From Eledone cirrhosa (taxonomy: Eukaryota): a stretch of 64,000 nucleotides of DNA. This document shows, one piece after another, positions 43,700 to 57,800 of this stretch. The stretch is from NCBI GenBank assembly GCA_964016885.1, contig OZ024741.1, forward strand, positions 152,892,001 to 152,956,000, written 5' to 3'. The notes beneath the pieces are model-generated. The model was not told the origin of the DNA. It saw nothing but the letters and a program-made list of their open reading frames with translations, and made no database searches. The position numbers were made by a program, and so were the translations under genes. Each line of letters starts with the position of its first letter. Position 1 is the first letter of the stretch.

Positions 43700-46600
43700 C
43701 AGAAGAGCCGAACTCCCACTGCCATCGCCTCTATCTCTCTCGCCCTCCCCATCTCTCACTTTTATGAGCAAGTACCTAAAATCCAACCTCGTCCACCATA
43801 AACCTCCATAGCTATCACACAAAAGAAAACCGCCTCTCCTTCGTTTTTGAAGGAGGGTGGCGGTTTGATCATGAATTTGAACTCGGTGGTCAACTGGATT
43901 GGTCCCACCCGCGACAATAGTCGTTCTACATAGCCCCACAGATCGGTAACGCCCGGGCAGAGTATGAATGCGTGCGCGACGGTTTCTTCTCGCACGCATC
44001 TCGGACAGATCTTTTTTGAAGGGTCCCTTCCCGGGCGCCCATGTCTGTAGAGCTTTTCTCGAACTGGTAGAGCTTCTCGGTAGCACTGCCAGGCCAGGGA
44101 CTTTTGGAAGTTGCCCATCGGTCCCGGGCGGAAGGTCCTGCCGAACAGACTGGCCAGTTCGTCTTCCTCTACGACTAGAGTTTCTCCGAGCGCGTCGTCG
44201 CACTTGCTGCGGATCAACCCTCTATAGAATGACGAAGTGGAGTCTCCGCTGATCGCCGGGTCCGCCTGCCAGAGGGCTGTGAGCGCCTGAGCACATTCAA
44301 TGTGCCAGTCGCCCATTTTCCTCGGTCTTTGCTTGACCCAGGACTGTAGCTCGGTCAGCGAGACGAGTCGTGGGAAGGCTCGCCTCACGAACGGGGCCCA
44401 CACCGGTTGTCTGGTGAGGAATACGTAGAGATGCCGCAGCCTGAGCGCGTGTTTGCGCATCGTCAGCCACAGCATCCCCAGCCCTCCGTTGGAAGGGTGT
44501 TGGCAGCAGATAGATCTTCTCACGAAAGGAGCCCGCTTCTTCCAAAGGAATTGGAAGAGCGCGTGCTCCATTTTGGTGAGCGTTTTGGCTGGACGAGGCA
44601 CGATGGTCAAGCGGTAGTAGATGACGGACGCTATAAAAGTGTTCGCCACCTCCGCTCGACCTTTCAAGGATAGTTTGCACTCGGAGTGCAAACACCCCGG
44701 CCGTCACCTCGTTCCAGTTCTTCTCCACCTGGAGGTCCGGACCAGACCAGAACCCGAGTAGCTTCACCGGTCCTTCCGTCCAGCGTCCGACGACGCCATC
44801 GGAAGGCATCGGTCTGCCTCTCCACGATCCGTGTTGCAAACCGATGGACGTGTCTCGGTTCAGCTTAGCTCCTGTGAACCTTTTGTATTCCTTCAGTAAG
44901 GTGCTGACTTCCTCGATTTGCGAGGTGCTCGACACCATTACTGTCACGTCGTCGGCGTAGGCCGACGCCGCTTTCCGCAGTCCCGGTTCTAGAGGGATGC
45001 CCTGCAATAGCTCCAACTTCCGCAGTAGTGGCTCGAGAGTCAGTACGTACAGAAGGGAAGAGAGAGGGCATCCCTGTCGGATGGATCGCGTGATATGGAA
45101 CGGCCCCGAGAGGTAGCCGTTCACCTTGACCCTTGAGCAGATGTTGCTGTTGTGTATTGCAGCAATCCAGCCCCTGAACACGGATCCGAAGCCTGCCGCC
45201 TCGAGCACCGCATCCAGGTAACGATGGTCAACCCTATCGAAAGCCTTAGACAGATCCAAGTTGATCAGGGGCCCACCGAATCCAGGTTTACACCCAACCC
45301 TCTCTACGATGTATCGCATGAGGTGGAGGTTGTCGTGTATGGACCTGGTCGGGATTGCGCATGTCTGCGCTTCTCCCACCAGGTTTTCGACGACAAGCGC
45401 CAGCCTCTTTGCCAACACCTTGGCCAAAATCTGTAACTCTGTGTTTAGCAGAGTTATGGGCCGGAAGTTGCCTTTGTCATTCCCCTTATTCTCGTCCTTC
45501 CTGACTAGTGTGACTACGCCCCTGGTCACAGAACTAGGAATTCTCCCGTTCTGCTGCCAGTTGCAGTAGACCGCTTCCAGGAGACCGGAGAACAAGTCCG
45601 GCATTGCTACGTAAAATTCGTAGGGTAGACCGTCGAGACCTGGAGGTTTGCGTTTGCCGCATTGGCTCAGCGCGTCCCCTATCTCAGCGGCTGAAATCGG
45701 CCTTTCGAAGAACTTCGCCTCGCTGTCCGAGAGTCGCGGTAGGCCGTTGAGGTATGGACCGAAATCCATAGCCCTTCCCGGCGCGCCGCCCTGCCCGAAC
45801 AGCTGAGAAAAGTGCCGCTGAAAGGCCGCGCACATCTGCTTCGGCTCACGTATCACGCATCTGTCTTGGTCCTTCAAAGACCCAATCGTGGACTTGTTGC
45901 CACTTTTCGCCTCCGTCACCCGGGTCCAGCTAACAGCTTTGGCTCCCTCGTTACCCAGAGCACGTATTTTGCTTCTGACAACGCAGCCCTCGTGCTTTGC
46001 GTCGAAGAACTGGTCCAAGGCCGTATTCGTTGCTAGCACGCTGGCTACGTTGCCACTTCTAATTGCCTCTTCTACGTTATCTACCAGTTCCTTCTCGGTC
46101 CTATTTCTATCTAACGCTAATTCTTTACTAAAAACTAACGAGTCTAATCTAACTTCCCACTTGAGAGTGTACCACCATCTGTTGTTGACAATGGCCCCTC
46201 TCAAGTGCTGTTTAACTAAAGTGCTAATCCGCTTACTGTAATCTTCGTTTGTCGGTAAGGACAAGTTTAGCTTCCAGTAACCGGGTCCTTGTCTATGGGT
46301 TCTATCAAGGTTGACCACTCCGGTCACCAACTTGTGATCCGAATAGTCAACCATGAACATTCGTGGACAACTTGATATCTCCCTATCCTTGTTCCTAACT
46401 AGGAACCTATCTAGGTACGAACTAGATGTTGCGATGCGATTAGTCCACGTCCACATTGGCACAGTCGGAAAATCTAGTCGATATCTATCGGCCAGATCAA
46501 ATCGGCCGATTAACCGTTTGAGGCTATTACACCCCCTTCTATCGGGACATGCCCCTACATAGTCCCAACGTACATCCAGGATACCGTTCCAGTCCCCCAC

Positions 46601-47510
46601 TAAAAGCAAGGAGCGGGACGTTCCCAGAAAAGTCTCTAGGCGCTGGAAGAAGTCCGGTCGCGGTGTCCCAGATGGGGCATACGCTGCCACCAGCCTGAAG
46701 GCTCCACCTTCGCTACTACCGATGTCTATAACCACCAGTCGACCCTCCGGGTCCAGGTGTACCTTCCGTGTTGCGAGGCCCAGGTGTTTTCGAAGCAGAA
46801 CGACCCCCACCCCACCCCACCCCACCCCGGGCTTACAGAGAGATGCATAGATCTCAAAGTCGTCGAAGATGGGGGCCAGTTGGTGCTCGCTGCTGATCCT
46901 GGACTCACAAATAGCTATCACATCCATTCTGTGCGACCTGAGGTCATTTAAGAGTCTGCCCTGCTTCCAGGACATCCCCAGGCCGCGCACATTTAAACAT
47001 CCAACTTTTATAACAGCCATGTTGGTGGTGAAGAGTTAAAGTGGAGAAAAAGGAAAAGACACCTACCTGTCCCTCTCCTGGGGACCAGGCTGCACACTCT
47101 CCATGGGGGTGTCAGAGGGGTTGTTTGGTGGGGAGGTGGTTTGGGATGTGGTGGGGACATCAGTGTGTGGTGGGGTTTTTTGGTGGGGGAGGGGTGTCTG
47201 GGGTGGTGATGGGGAAACATTTCAAACGGACGCGATTGATGGGTCTAGTACAGGAGTTCCCCACGTCCTCGGGGAAGTTCTGTTTGAGCATTGCGTAGGT
47301 GTCCCTTGGGACCCTAATCATTTTTAAATGCGGTTTAGTCGCCGCGTTGGTGAACATTTTCCCTTCGGTTTCCACCGAAGGGTCTTTGTCTATTGTTTGT
47401 ACAAGTGTTTTGTTGTTTGTGTTGATGTATGTATACTGTTTTTGTTGTGTTGTGCTTGTTTGTTGTTCTTGTGTGTGTTTGCGTTTTGTAGTATGGGTTA
47501 TGTTTTCGGG
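43700..47510 (-). mobile_element. L1/Tx1-clade non-LTR retrotransposon; ORF2 from 47020, frameshifted near 44700 and ~43800
   Basis: APE endonuclease motifs (LNVRG, GDWN, YLDR, SDH), RT motifs (NFRPITLLN, KAFDRVDH, RQGCPLS, YADD) and a C-terminal zinc knuckle (CPRC...H...C) in the second frame. GC-rich relative to the flanks. Confidence 0.93.
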
Positions 47511-48762
47511 AGATAGATAGATAGATAGATAGATAAGAGGGTTAGGTGCAGTTTGATAATGGTTTTTGACTGATATTTCTAGCATATCAGGTGCCGTATC
47601 TGATTATATATATAGTTATACTAACTTAAACTTTATGTAACAATATTAAATACAACGATTTTATACGTTTATATACATCCCAGCTGGCTCAATGCTCAAA
47701 GAGCCGGATAAAATTATTATTGTTTTAATCAGCACACAGGTTTTTCATATAAAAAAAAAGAATTCTTTTTACTCCTCCTTTTGCCTGCTAGAAGAAGCAA
47801 AGAAGACCGACCATTCGCTTTATTCTAGTGGTGTGATGCTGGTTACAGTGGTCTGACAACATTGGCTCCGATCATTTACTCTCGGTGGTCTGCTGCAAGT
47901 GGTGAACTGCTGCTTGCACTGACCTGTACGCATTAGTTCTGACCATGTGCTCTTGGCTGCCTTCTGCTAACTATATCTAGTTGGATGAAGTGACCCGATC
48001 GCTAGGCAAACTACTCTCATTCTTCCCTTATTTCAGTTCTTTAAATATAGTAATCTGTCATGTTGGAATATACTCTCGGATCGATCCAAGGAGTGCTGTT
48101 ACTCTTTAACCCTGATCAATAAACTCATTTCGTTCATAACACTCGCTTTTCCTATGTGCAAGAAATTACCTTTATATTATAAATTTCATTCTTTCATAAA
48201 CCAATGGAGTGCAACCCCAAGGAGATTTAGCTGCTGTTTCTAGTAAGTTCAGAGACTACGTATCGGTTCTCGAGTTAGCTTAAATTCTGAGAATGTTTAC
48301 TTGTGATGGACTGATGTCCTGTTCAGTGACAGATATATTTCTCTTCATTCTTTATTCTTTCAGATCAAAATACGTTATTCTATATTGCTTCATTATTTTA
48401 AGGGTAGAACCAGATCATCTGGAAATATCATCAACTGGTGACGGGCGTCAAAGCCAGGCGTTTTCCAGATATTATCTATTTCATAAAGAAAAGGTAATCC
48501 AAGGGAAGCAACTCTAGATTTAGCTATTTATTAACTCCCTTGCCATTCAACAGTATGTTTGGTATAGGATGTAACGAATTGGCAGTCGTCAAAACTTTCA
48601 ATAGAATGTTTTGCTGTATTAATTCTGGCTCTCTGCACTTTGAGTTCAAATCCCATCGTGATCAACTTTACCTTTCATCCTCTCGAAGTCGATGGAAAAC
48701 GTACCAATCCAATAGTGGGGTCGATTCTTCCTCTTTATCTCTTTCTTACTTCCTCTTTGTCG

Positions 48763-48793
<31 letters not shown>

Positions 48794-48987
48794 GGCTAAT
48801 ACTTGTTTCTACTTTGGGCACAAGGCCAGCAATTACCCAGTACATTACTGGTACTTTATTTCATCGAAGGATGAAAGGCAAAGTTAACCTCGGCGGGATT
48901 TGAACTCAGAACGTAAATGGACGTAACTATGGTGGAAAGCATGGCGTCCGACTCTCTACTGATACTGCCAATCCACCGCTAGTACTG

Positions 48988-49771
<784 letters not shown>

Positions 49772-49921
49772 CGAAGGAAATGTGGTACAGAACCAGATGG
49801 ACCATAACGCACCAAAGTACTCAATACTTAGGGTAGTAGAGTGGGTAATAGGAACGAGTAGGACCCCGACAGCTGAGCTCAAGCCGTTTCGACGGCTAAT
49901 TCTGGACTAAAACTTTTTTAT

Positions 49922-50014
49922 TGGTGTGGTTCGGGTGCGCCCGAGGCCATTTATTAATCAAAAGGCCAGGTGGAAAAGGAGAGAATAAAAAAGGCTTCTA
50001 AAAGGCTAATACTG

Positions 50015-50090
<76 letters not shown>

Positions 50091-50196
50091 CTACCGAATG
50101 AAACAGTATTGGCCTTTTAGAAGCCTTTTTTATTCTCTCCTTTTCCACCTGGCCTTTTGATTAATAAATGGCCTCGGGCGCACCCGAACTACACCG
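49922..50196. repeat. ~96-bp-arm inverted repeat with a (TA)n spacer
   Basis: 49922-50017 is the reverse complement of 50101-50196. Confidence 0.9.
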
Positions 50197-50365
50197 ATGT
50201 CCTGTAATTCAGCGCCGAAACATCGGTTCGGGATACATTTACAGCTGACGATAGAAACTGCTTTCTTCCTTTCTCCTCCTGTTCCGTCCTAACCACCATC
50301 CTAAACCTTGTTTTTAGTAACAACACAGCTCCTTTCGTTTCATAACTTTTTATATAATAACTTTG

Positions 50366-50420
50366 TATTTTATCTGATGAAAGCGCACCAAGGTTGGCTT
50401 GGTTGCCCTTGAAATATATA
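50366..50420 (+). ncRNA. Type I hammerhead motif
   Basis: TATTTTAT-CTGATGA-AAGCGCACCAAG...CTTGGTTGCCCTT-GAAA-T-ATAT-ATA-ATAAAATA. 8-bp stem I, extended stem II, palindromic loop III. Confidence 0.75.
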
Positions 50421-50472
50421 TAATAAAATAAATATTGTTTTATAAATACAGTTTCCATTTATTTAATATCAT

Positions 50473-50532
<60 letters not shown>

Positions 50533-50746
50533 TGTACACAGAGATAGAGAGTTTTCTCCCTTAGACTGTTGTGTATTTTTCCTGAGGTATTCTTTGAAAA
50601 TAAGTCTTGAAATGATGTTATAGCGCAAACTTCACTGCTTATTCTAATTCAAAACTGTCCAAGTATCGGCTGCTCCTTGATAGGTTTGTGGTAGAGCCTG
50701 TAGAAGTGGAGACTTGTCCCCGGACCACAACCCTGCTCACTGCTAT

Positions 50747-51007
50747 CAGGGCCGGTTTTAGATTTGATGAGGCCCTAAGCTATTTGAGAAAATGGGGCCC
50801 TTTATATATTATAAAAAATGTTATAAAGACTGCAAAACGTTCAATATTAAAGCAGAAAACTGTTTAAAACTATTGCATTATTTTAGTTCTTTTTTTATCT
50901 TATATTTTGGAAATGTACACGCCGTTTTTTTTCAATTGTTTCGGGGTCCAAAGAAAGTGGGGGCCCTAAGCTATAGTTTGTTTAGCTTATACGTAAATCC
51001 CACTCTG
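50747..51007. mobile_element. hAT-type MITE with 8-bp target-site duplication
   Basis: CAG...CTG termini flanked by ACTGCTAT at 50739-50746 and 51008-51015. Confidence 0.85.
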
Positions 51008-51885
51008 ACTGCTATCGTAGCACAGTTGGCTCCCCGCAGGTGCGAGCCCCCTGAGGTTGTGTGGCTTTTTCAGCGCGTCTCCCACGCCGTCCCTGCGGCA
51101 ATGTATTCTCCTCCTGTCAGCCGGGACCCAGAGGCCGAGTGTAAGTTAGCTAGAGGTGGAAATTTTTAGGGTGCCACAAATACATAAAATAATTAAGAAC
51201 CTATCTTCGACTTTTGTTTTATTTTCATTGTTTAACACTTAACATGCGAATGTTAAGTATTCTTACTCGACCTTTACATAGGTAGCAGCTAAACCCCCCA
51301 TCAAATCATTTCTGACTGGAATACAATAGGAATGATACACTGGATTACGTAGTCTTAGATGTACAAGATAATGTCACGGATGGAACGCTTTTTATCGTTG
51401 GTGTTTTCGCCGATCATTGATCTGAGGCTTAACGATAATAACAACAGTAACTATATCAAAACACGACAGCTACTTCAATGACAGCGACAACAGCAACCAC
51501 CACCACGAGCACCATTACCACACCACACAAAACCCATCCATAAATAGTATTCCACCACTGGTGGTGCTGGTTGAGGTGGTGACTTTATGTGGTCGCTCAA
51601 TCTACTAGAAATACCAGCTAGATCTTCAAATCACACCCTCCTCCCGTCATCGATAATGTTATTCTTGATGGTGATAGTGATGGTGGTGAGGAGGAGGAGG
51701 AGGAGGAGGAGGAGGAGGAGGAGGAGGAGGAGGAGGAGGAGGGAGGAGGGGAGGAGGGTGAAGACTAAAATGCTGTATATAGTTAGATCCGCAGCCACCC
51801 GTGTGTCCAAGGATCTCCTTTCCAAATTTCTTAACACTATTTGCATTTTGTATGCGGACTTGGTCGATGAGAGAACTTTGTCGCT

Positions 51886-54800
51886 TAGTGGTCAGTAGAT
51901 GGTGTGGAAAAGGTGTAATGTAGTGGTCAGTAGATGGTGTGGAAGGGGTGGAATGTAGTGGTCACTAGATGGTGTGGAAGGGGTGTAATGTAGTGGTCAG
52001 TAGATGGTGTGGAAGGGGTGGAATGTAGTGGTCACTAGATGGTGTGGAAGGGGTGTAATGTAGTGGTCAGTAGATGGTGTGGAAAAGGTGTAATGTAGGG
52101 GTCAGTAGATGGTGTGGAAGAGGTGTAATGTAGGGGTCAGTAGATGGTGTGGAAAAGGTGTAATGTAGGGGTCAGTAGATGGTGTGGAAGAGGTGTAATG
52201 TAGGGGTCAGTAGATGGTGGGGAAGAGGTGCAATGTAGGGGTCAGTAGATGGTGTGGAAGGGGTGGAATGTAGTGGTCACTAGATGGTGTGGAAGGGGTG
52301 TAATGTAGTGGTCAGTAGATGGTGTGGAAGGGGTGGAATGTAGTGGTCACTAGATGGTGTGGAAGGGGTGTAATGTAGTGGTCAGTAGATGGTGTGGAAA
52401 AGGTGTAATGTAGGGGTCAGTAGATGGTGTGGAAGAGGTGTAATGTAGGGGTCAGTAGATGGTGTGGAAAAGGTGTAATGTAGGGGTCAGTAGATGGTGT
52501 GGAAGAGGTGTAATGTAGGGGTCAGTAGATGGTGGGGAAAAGGTGTAATGTAGGGGTCAGTAGATGGTGTGGAAAAGGTGTAATGTAGGGGTCAGTAGAT
52601 GGTGTGAAAGGGGTGGAATGTAGTGGTCACTAGATGGTGTGGAAGGGGTGTAATGTAGTGGTCAGTAGATGGTGTGGAAAAGGTGTAATGTAGGGGTCAG
52701 TAGATGGTGTGGAAGGGGTGGAATGTAGGGGTCAGTAGATGGTGGGGAAAAGGTGTAATGTAGGGGTCAGTAGATGGTGTGGAAAAGGTGTAATGTAGGG
52801 GTCAGTAGATGGTGTGGAAGAGGTGTAATGTATGGGTCAGTAGATGGTGAGGAAGGGGTGGAATGTAGGGGTCAGTAGTTGGTGAGGAAGGGGTGTAATG
52901 TAGGAGTCAGTAGATGGTGTGGAAGGGGTGGAATGTAGGGGTCAGTAGATGGTGTGGAAGGGGTGGAATGTAGGGGTCAGTAGATGGTGATAAAGGGGTG
53001 GAATGTAGTGGTCAGTAGATGGTGTGGAAGGGGTGGAATGTGTGGTTAGTAGATGGTGTGGAAGGGGTGGAATGTAGTGGTCAGTAGATGGTATGGAAGG
53101 GGTGGAATGTAAGGGTCAGTAGATGGTGTTAAAGGGGTGGAATGTAGGGGTCAGTAGATGGTTTGGAAGGGGTGTAATGTAGGGGTCAGTAGATGGTATG
53201 GAAGGGGTGGAATGTAGTGGTCAGTAGATGGTGTGGAAGGGGTGGAATGTAGGAGTCAGTAGATGGTGTGGAAGGGGTGGAATGTAGTGGTCAGTAGATG
53301 GTATGGAAGGGGTGGAATGTAGTGGTCAGTAGATGGTGTGGAAGGGGTGGAATGTAGTGGTCAGTAGATGGTGTGGAAGGGGTGGAATGTAGGGGTCAGT
53401 AGATGGTGAGGAAGGGGTGGAATGTAGGGGTCAGTAGATGGTGAGGAAGGGGTGTAATGTAGGGGTCAGTAGATGGTGTGGAACGGGTGTAATGTAGTGG
53501 TCAGTAGATGGTATGGAAGGGGTGTAATGTAGGGGTCAGTAGATGGTGTGGAAGAGGTGGAATGTAGGGTTCAGTAGATGGTGTGGAAGGGCTGGAATGT
53601 AGGGGTCAGTAGATGGTGTGGAAGGGGTGGAATGTAGTGGTCAGTAGATGGTGTGGAAGGGGTGGAATGTAGGAGTCAGTAGATGGTGTGGAAGTGGTGT
53701 AATGTAGGGGTCAGTAGATGGTGTGAACGGGGTGGAATGTAGGGGTCAGTAGATGGTGTGGTAGGGGTGTAATGTAGGGGTCAGTAGATGGTGTGGAAGA
53801 GGTGGAATGTAGGGGTCAGTAGATGGTGTGGAAGGGGTGTAATGTAGGGATCAGTAGATGGTGTGGAAGGGGTGGAATGTAGGGGTCAGTAGATGGTGTG
53901 GAAGTTGTGTAATTTAGGGGTCAGTAGATGGTGTGAACGGGGTGGAATGTAGGGGTCAGTAGATGGTGTGGTAGGGGTGTAATGTAGGGGTCAGTAGATG
54001 GTGTGGAAGGGCTGTAATGTAGGGTCAGTAGATGGTGTGGAAGGGGGGGGATGTAGGCGTCAGTAGATGGTGTGGAAGGGGTGGAATGTAGGGGTCAGTA
54101 GATGGTGTGGAAGGGGTGGAATGTAGTGGTCAGTAGATGGTGTGGAAGGGGTGGAATGTAGGAGTCAGTAGATGGTGTGGAAGGGGTGGAATGTAGGGGT
54201 CAGTAGATGGTGTGGAAGGGGTGTAATGTAGTGGTCAGTAGATGGTATGGAAGGGGTGGAATGTAGTGGTCAGTAGATGGTGTGGAAGGGGTGGTATGTA
54301 GGGGTCAGTAGATGGTGTGGAAGGGGTGGAATGTAGTGGTCAGTAGATGGTGTGGAAGGGGTGGAATGTAGGAGTCAGTAGATGGTGGAAGGGGTGGAAT
54401 GTAGTGGTCAGTAGATGGTGTGGAAGGGGTGGAATGTAGGGGTCAGTAGATGGTGTGGAAGGGGTGTGATGTAGGGGTCAGTAGATGGTGTGGAAGGGGT
54501 GGAATGTAGGAGTCAGTAGATGGTGTGGAAGGGGTGGAATGTAGGAGTCAGTAGATGGTGTGGAAGTGGTGTAATGTAGGGGTCAGTAGATGGTGTGAAC
54601 GGGGTGGAATGTAGGGGTCAGTAGATGGTGTGGAAGGGGTGTAATGTAGGGATCAGTAGATGGTGTGGAAGGGGTGGAATGTAGGGGTCAGTAGATGGTG
54701 TGGAAGTGGTGTAATGTAGGGGTCAGTAGATGGTGAGAACGGGGTGGAATGTAGGGGTCAGTAGATGGTGTGGAAGTGGTGTAATGTAGGGGTCAGTAGA

Positions 54801-57800
54801 TGGTGTGAACGGGGTGGAATGTAGGGGTCAGTAGATGGTGTGGAAGGGGTGTAATGTAGGGATCAGTAGATGGTGTGGAAGGGGTGGAATGTAGGGGTCA
54901 GTAGATGGTGTGGAAGTGGTGTAATGTAGGGGTCAGTAGATGGTGAGAACGGGGTGGAATGTAGGGGTCAGTAGATGGTGTGGTAGGGGTGTAATGTAGG
55001 GGTCAGTAGATGGTGTGAAAGAGGTGGAATGTAGGGGTCAGTAGATGGTGTGGAAGGGGTGTAATGTAGGGATCAGTAGATGGTGTGGAAGGGGTGGAAT
55101 GTAGGGGTCAGTAGATGGTGTGGAAGGGTTGGAATGTAGGGGTCAGTAGATGGTGTGGAAGGGTTGGAATGTAGGGGTCAGTAGATGGTGTGGAAGGGGT
55201 GGAATGTAGGGGTCAGTAGATGATGTGGAAGGGGTGTAATATAGGGGTCAGTAGATGGTGTGGAAGGGCTGGAATGTAGGGGTCAGTAGATGGTGAGGAA
55301 GGGGTGTAATGTAGGGTCAGTAGATGGTGTGGAAGGGGTGTAATGTAGGGGTCAGTAGATGGTGTGGAAGGGGTGGAATGTAGGGGTCAGTAGATGGTGA
55401 GGAAAGGGTGTAATGTAGGGGTCAGTAGATGGTGTGGAAGGGGTGGAATGTAGGGGTCAGTAGATGGTGTGGAAGGGGTGGAATGTAGGGGTCAGTAGAT
55501 GGTGTGGGAGGGGGGTAATGTAGGGATCAGTAGATGGTGTGGAAGGGTTGGAATGTAGGGGTCAGTAGATGGTGTGGAAGGGGTGGAATGTAGGGGTCAG
55601 TAGATGATGTGGAAGGGGTGTAATATAGGGGTCAGTAGATGGTGTGGAAGGGCTGGAATGTAGGGGTCAGTAGATGGTGTGGAAGGGGTGGAATGTAGTG
55701 GTCAGTAGATGGTGTAGAAGGGGTGTAATGTAGGGGTCAATTGATGGTGTGGAACGGGTGTAATGTAGGGGTCAGTAGATGGTGTGGAAGAGGTGTAATG
55801 TAGGGGTCAGTAGATGGTGTGGAAGGGGTGGGATGTAGTGGTCAGTAGATGGTGTGGAAGGGGTGGAATGTAGTGGTCAGTAGATGGTGAGGAAGGGGTG
55901 TAATATAGTGGTCAGTAGATGGTGTGGAAGGGGTGTAATATAGTGGTCAGTAGATGGTGTGGAAGGGGTGGAATGTAGGGGTCAGTAGATGGTGTGGAAG
56001 GGGTGGAATGTAGGGGTCAGTAGATGGTGTGGAAGGGGTGGAATGTAGTGGTCAGTAGATGGTGTGGAAGGGGTGGAATGTAGTGGTCAGTAGATGGTGT
56101 GGAAGGGGTGGAATGTAGTGGTCAGTAGATGGTGTGGAAGGGGTGGAATGTAGGGGTCAGTAGATGGTGTGGAAGGGGTGGAATGTAGTGGTCAGTAGAT
56201 GGTGTGGAAGGGGTGGAATGTAGTGGTCAGTAGATGGTATGGAAGGGGTGTAATGTAGGGGTCAGTAGATGGTGTGGAAGAGGTGGAATGTAGGGGTCAG
56301 TAGATGGTGTGGAAGGGCTGGAATGTAGGGGTCAGTAGATGGTGTGGAAGGGGTGGAATGTAGTGGTCAGTAGATGGTGTAGAAGGGGTGTAATGTAGGG
56401 GTCAATTGATGGTGTGGAACGGGTGTAATGTAGGGGTCAGTAGATGGTGTGGAAGAGGTGTAATGTAGGGGTCAGTAGATGGTGTGGAAGGGGTGGGATG
56501 TAGTGGTCAGTAGATGGTGTGGAAGGGGTGGAATGTAGTGGTCAGTAGATGGTGTGGAAGGGGTGGAATGTAGGGGTCAGTAGATGGTGTGGAAGGGGTG
56601 GAATGTAGGGGTCAGTAGATGGTGTGGAAGGGGTGGAATGTAGTGGTCAGTAGATGGTGTGGAAGGGGTGGAATGTAGTGGTCAGTAGATGGTTTGGAAG
56701 GGGTGTAATGTAGGGGTCAGTAGATGGTGTGGAAGAGGTGGAATGTAGGGGTCAGTAGATGGTGTGGAAGGGCTGTAATGTAGGGGTCAGTAGATGGTGT
56801 GGAAGGGGTGGAATGTAGTGGTCAGTAGATGGTGTGGAAGGGGTGTAATGTAGGGGTCAATTGATGGTGTGGAAGGGGTGTAGTGTAGGGGTCAGTAGAT
56901 GGTGTGGAAGAGGTGTAATGTAGGGGTCAGTAGATGGTGTGGAAGGGGTGTAATGTAGTGGTCAGTAGACGGTTTGGAAGGGGTGTAATGTAGTGGTCAG
57001 TAGATGGTGTAGAAGGGGTGGGATTTAGTGGTCAGTAGATGGTGTGGAAGGGGTGGAATGTAGTGGTCAGTAGATGGTGTGGAAGGGGTGGAATGTAGTG
57101 GTCAGTAGATGGTGTAGAAGGGGTGGGATTTAGTGGTCAGTAGATGGTGTGGAAGGGGTGGAATGTAGTGGTCAGTAGATGGTGTAGAAGGGGTGGGATT
57201 TAGTGGTCAGTAGATGGTGTGGAAGGGGTGGAATGTAGTGGTCAGTAGATGGTGTGGAAGGGGTGGAATGTAGTGGTCAGTAGATGGTGTGGAAGGGGTG
57301 GAATGTAGGGGTCAGTAGATGGTGTGGTAGGGGTGTAATGTAGGGGTCAGTAGATGGTGTGAAAGAGGTGGAATGTAGGGGTCAGTAGATGGTGTGGAAG
57401 GGGTGAAATGTAGTGGTCAGTAGATGGTGTAGAAGGGGTGGGATTTAGTGGTCAGTAGATGGTGTGGAAGGGGTGGAATGTAGTGGTCAGTAGATGGTGT
57501 GGAAGGGGTGGAATGTAGTGGTCAGTAGATGGTGTGGAAGGGGTGGAATGTAGGGGTCAGTAGATGGTGTGGTAGGGGTGTAATGTAGGGGTCAGTAGAT
57601 GGTGTGAAAGAGGTGGAATGTAGGGGTCAGTAGATGGTGTGGAAGGGGTGTAATGTAGGGGTCAGTAGATGGTGTGGAAGGGGTGTAATGTAGAGGTCAG
57701 TAGATGGTGTGGAAGGGGTGTAATGTAGGGGTCAGTAGATGGTGTGGAAGGGGTGGAATGTAGTGGTCAGTTGATGGTGTGGAAGGGGTGTAATGTAGGG

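Noticed and set aside
44407-46951. Plus-strand ORFs overlapping the L1/Tx1 element
   Set aside because: Antisense shadows of a GC-rich retroelement ORF.
50250-50275. CTGACGA-TA-GAAAC
   Set aside because: No stem I or NUH pairing could be built.
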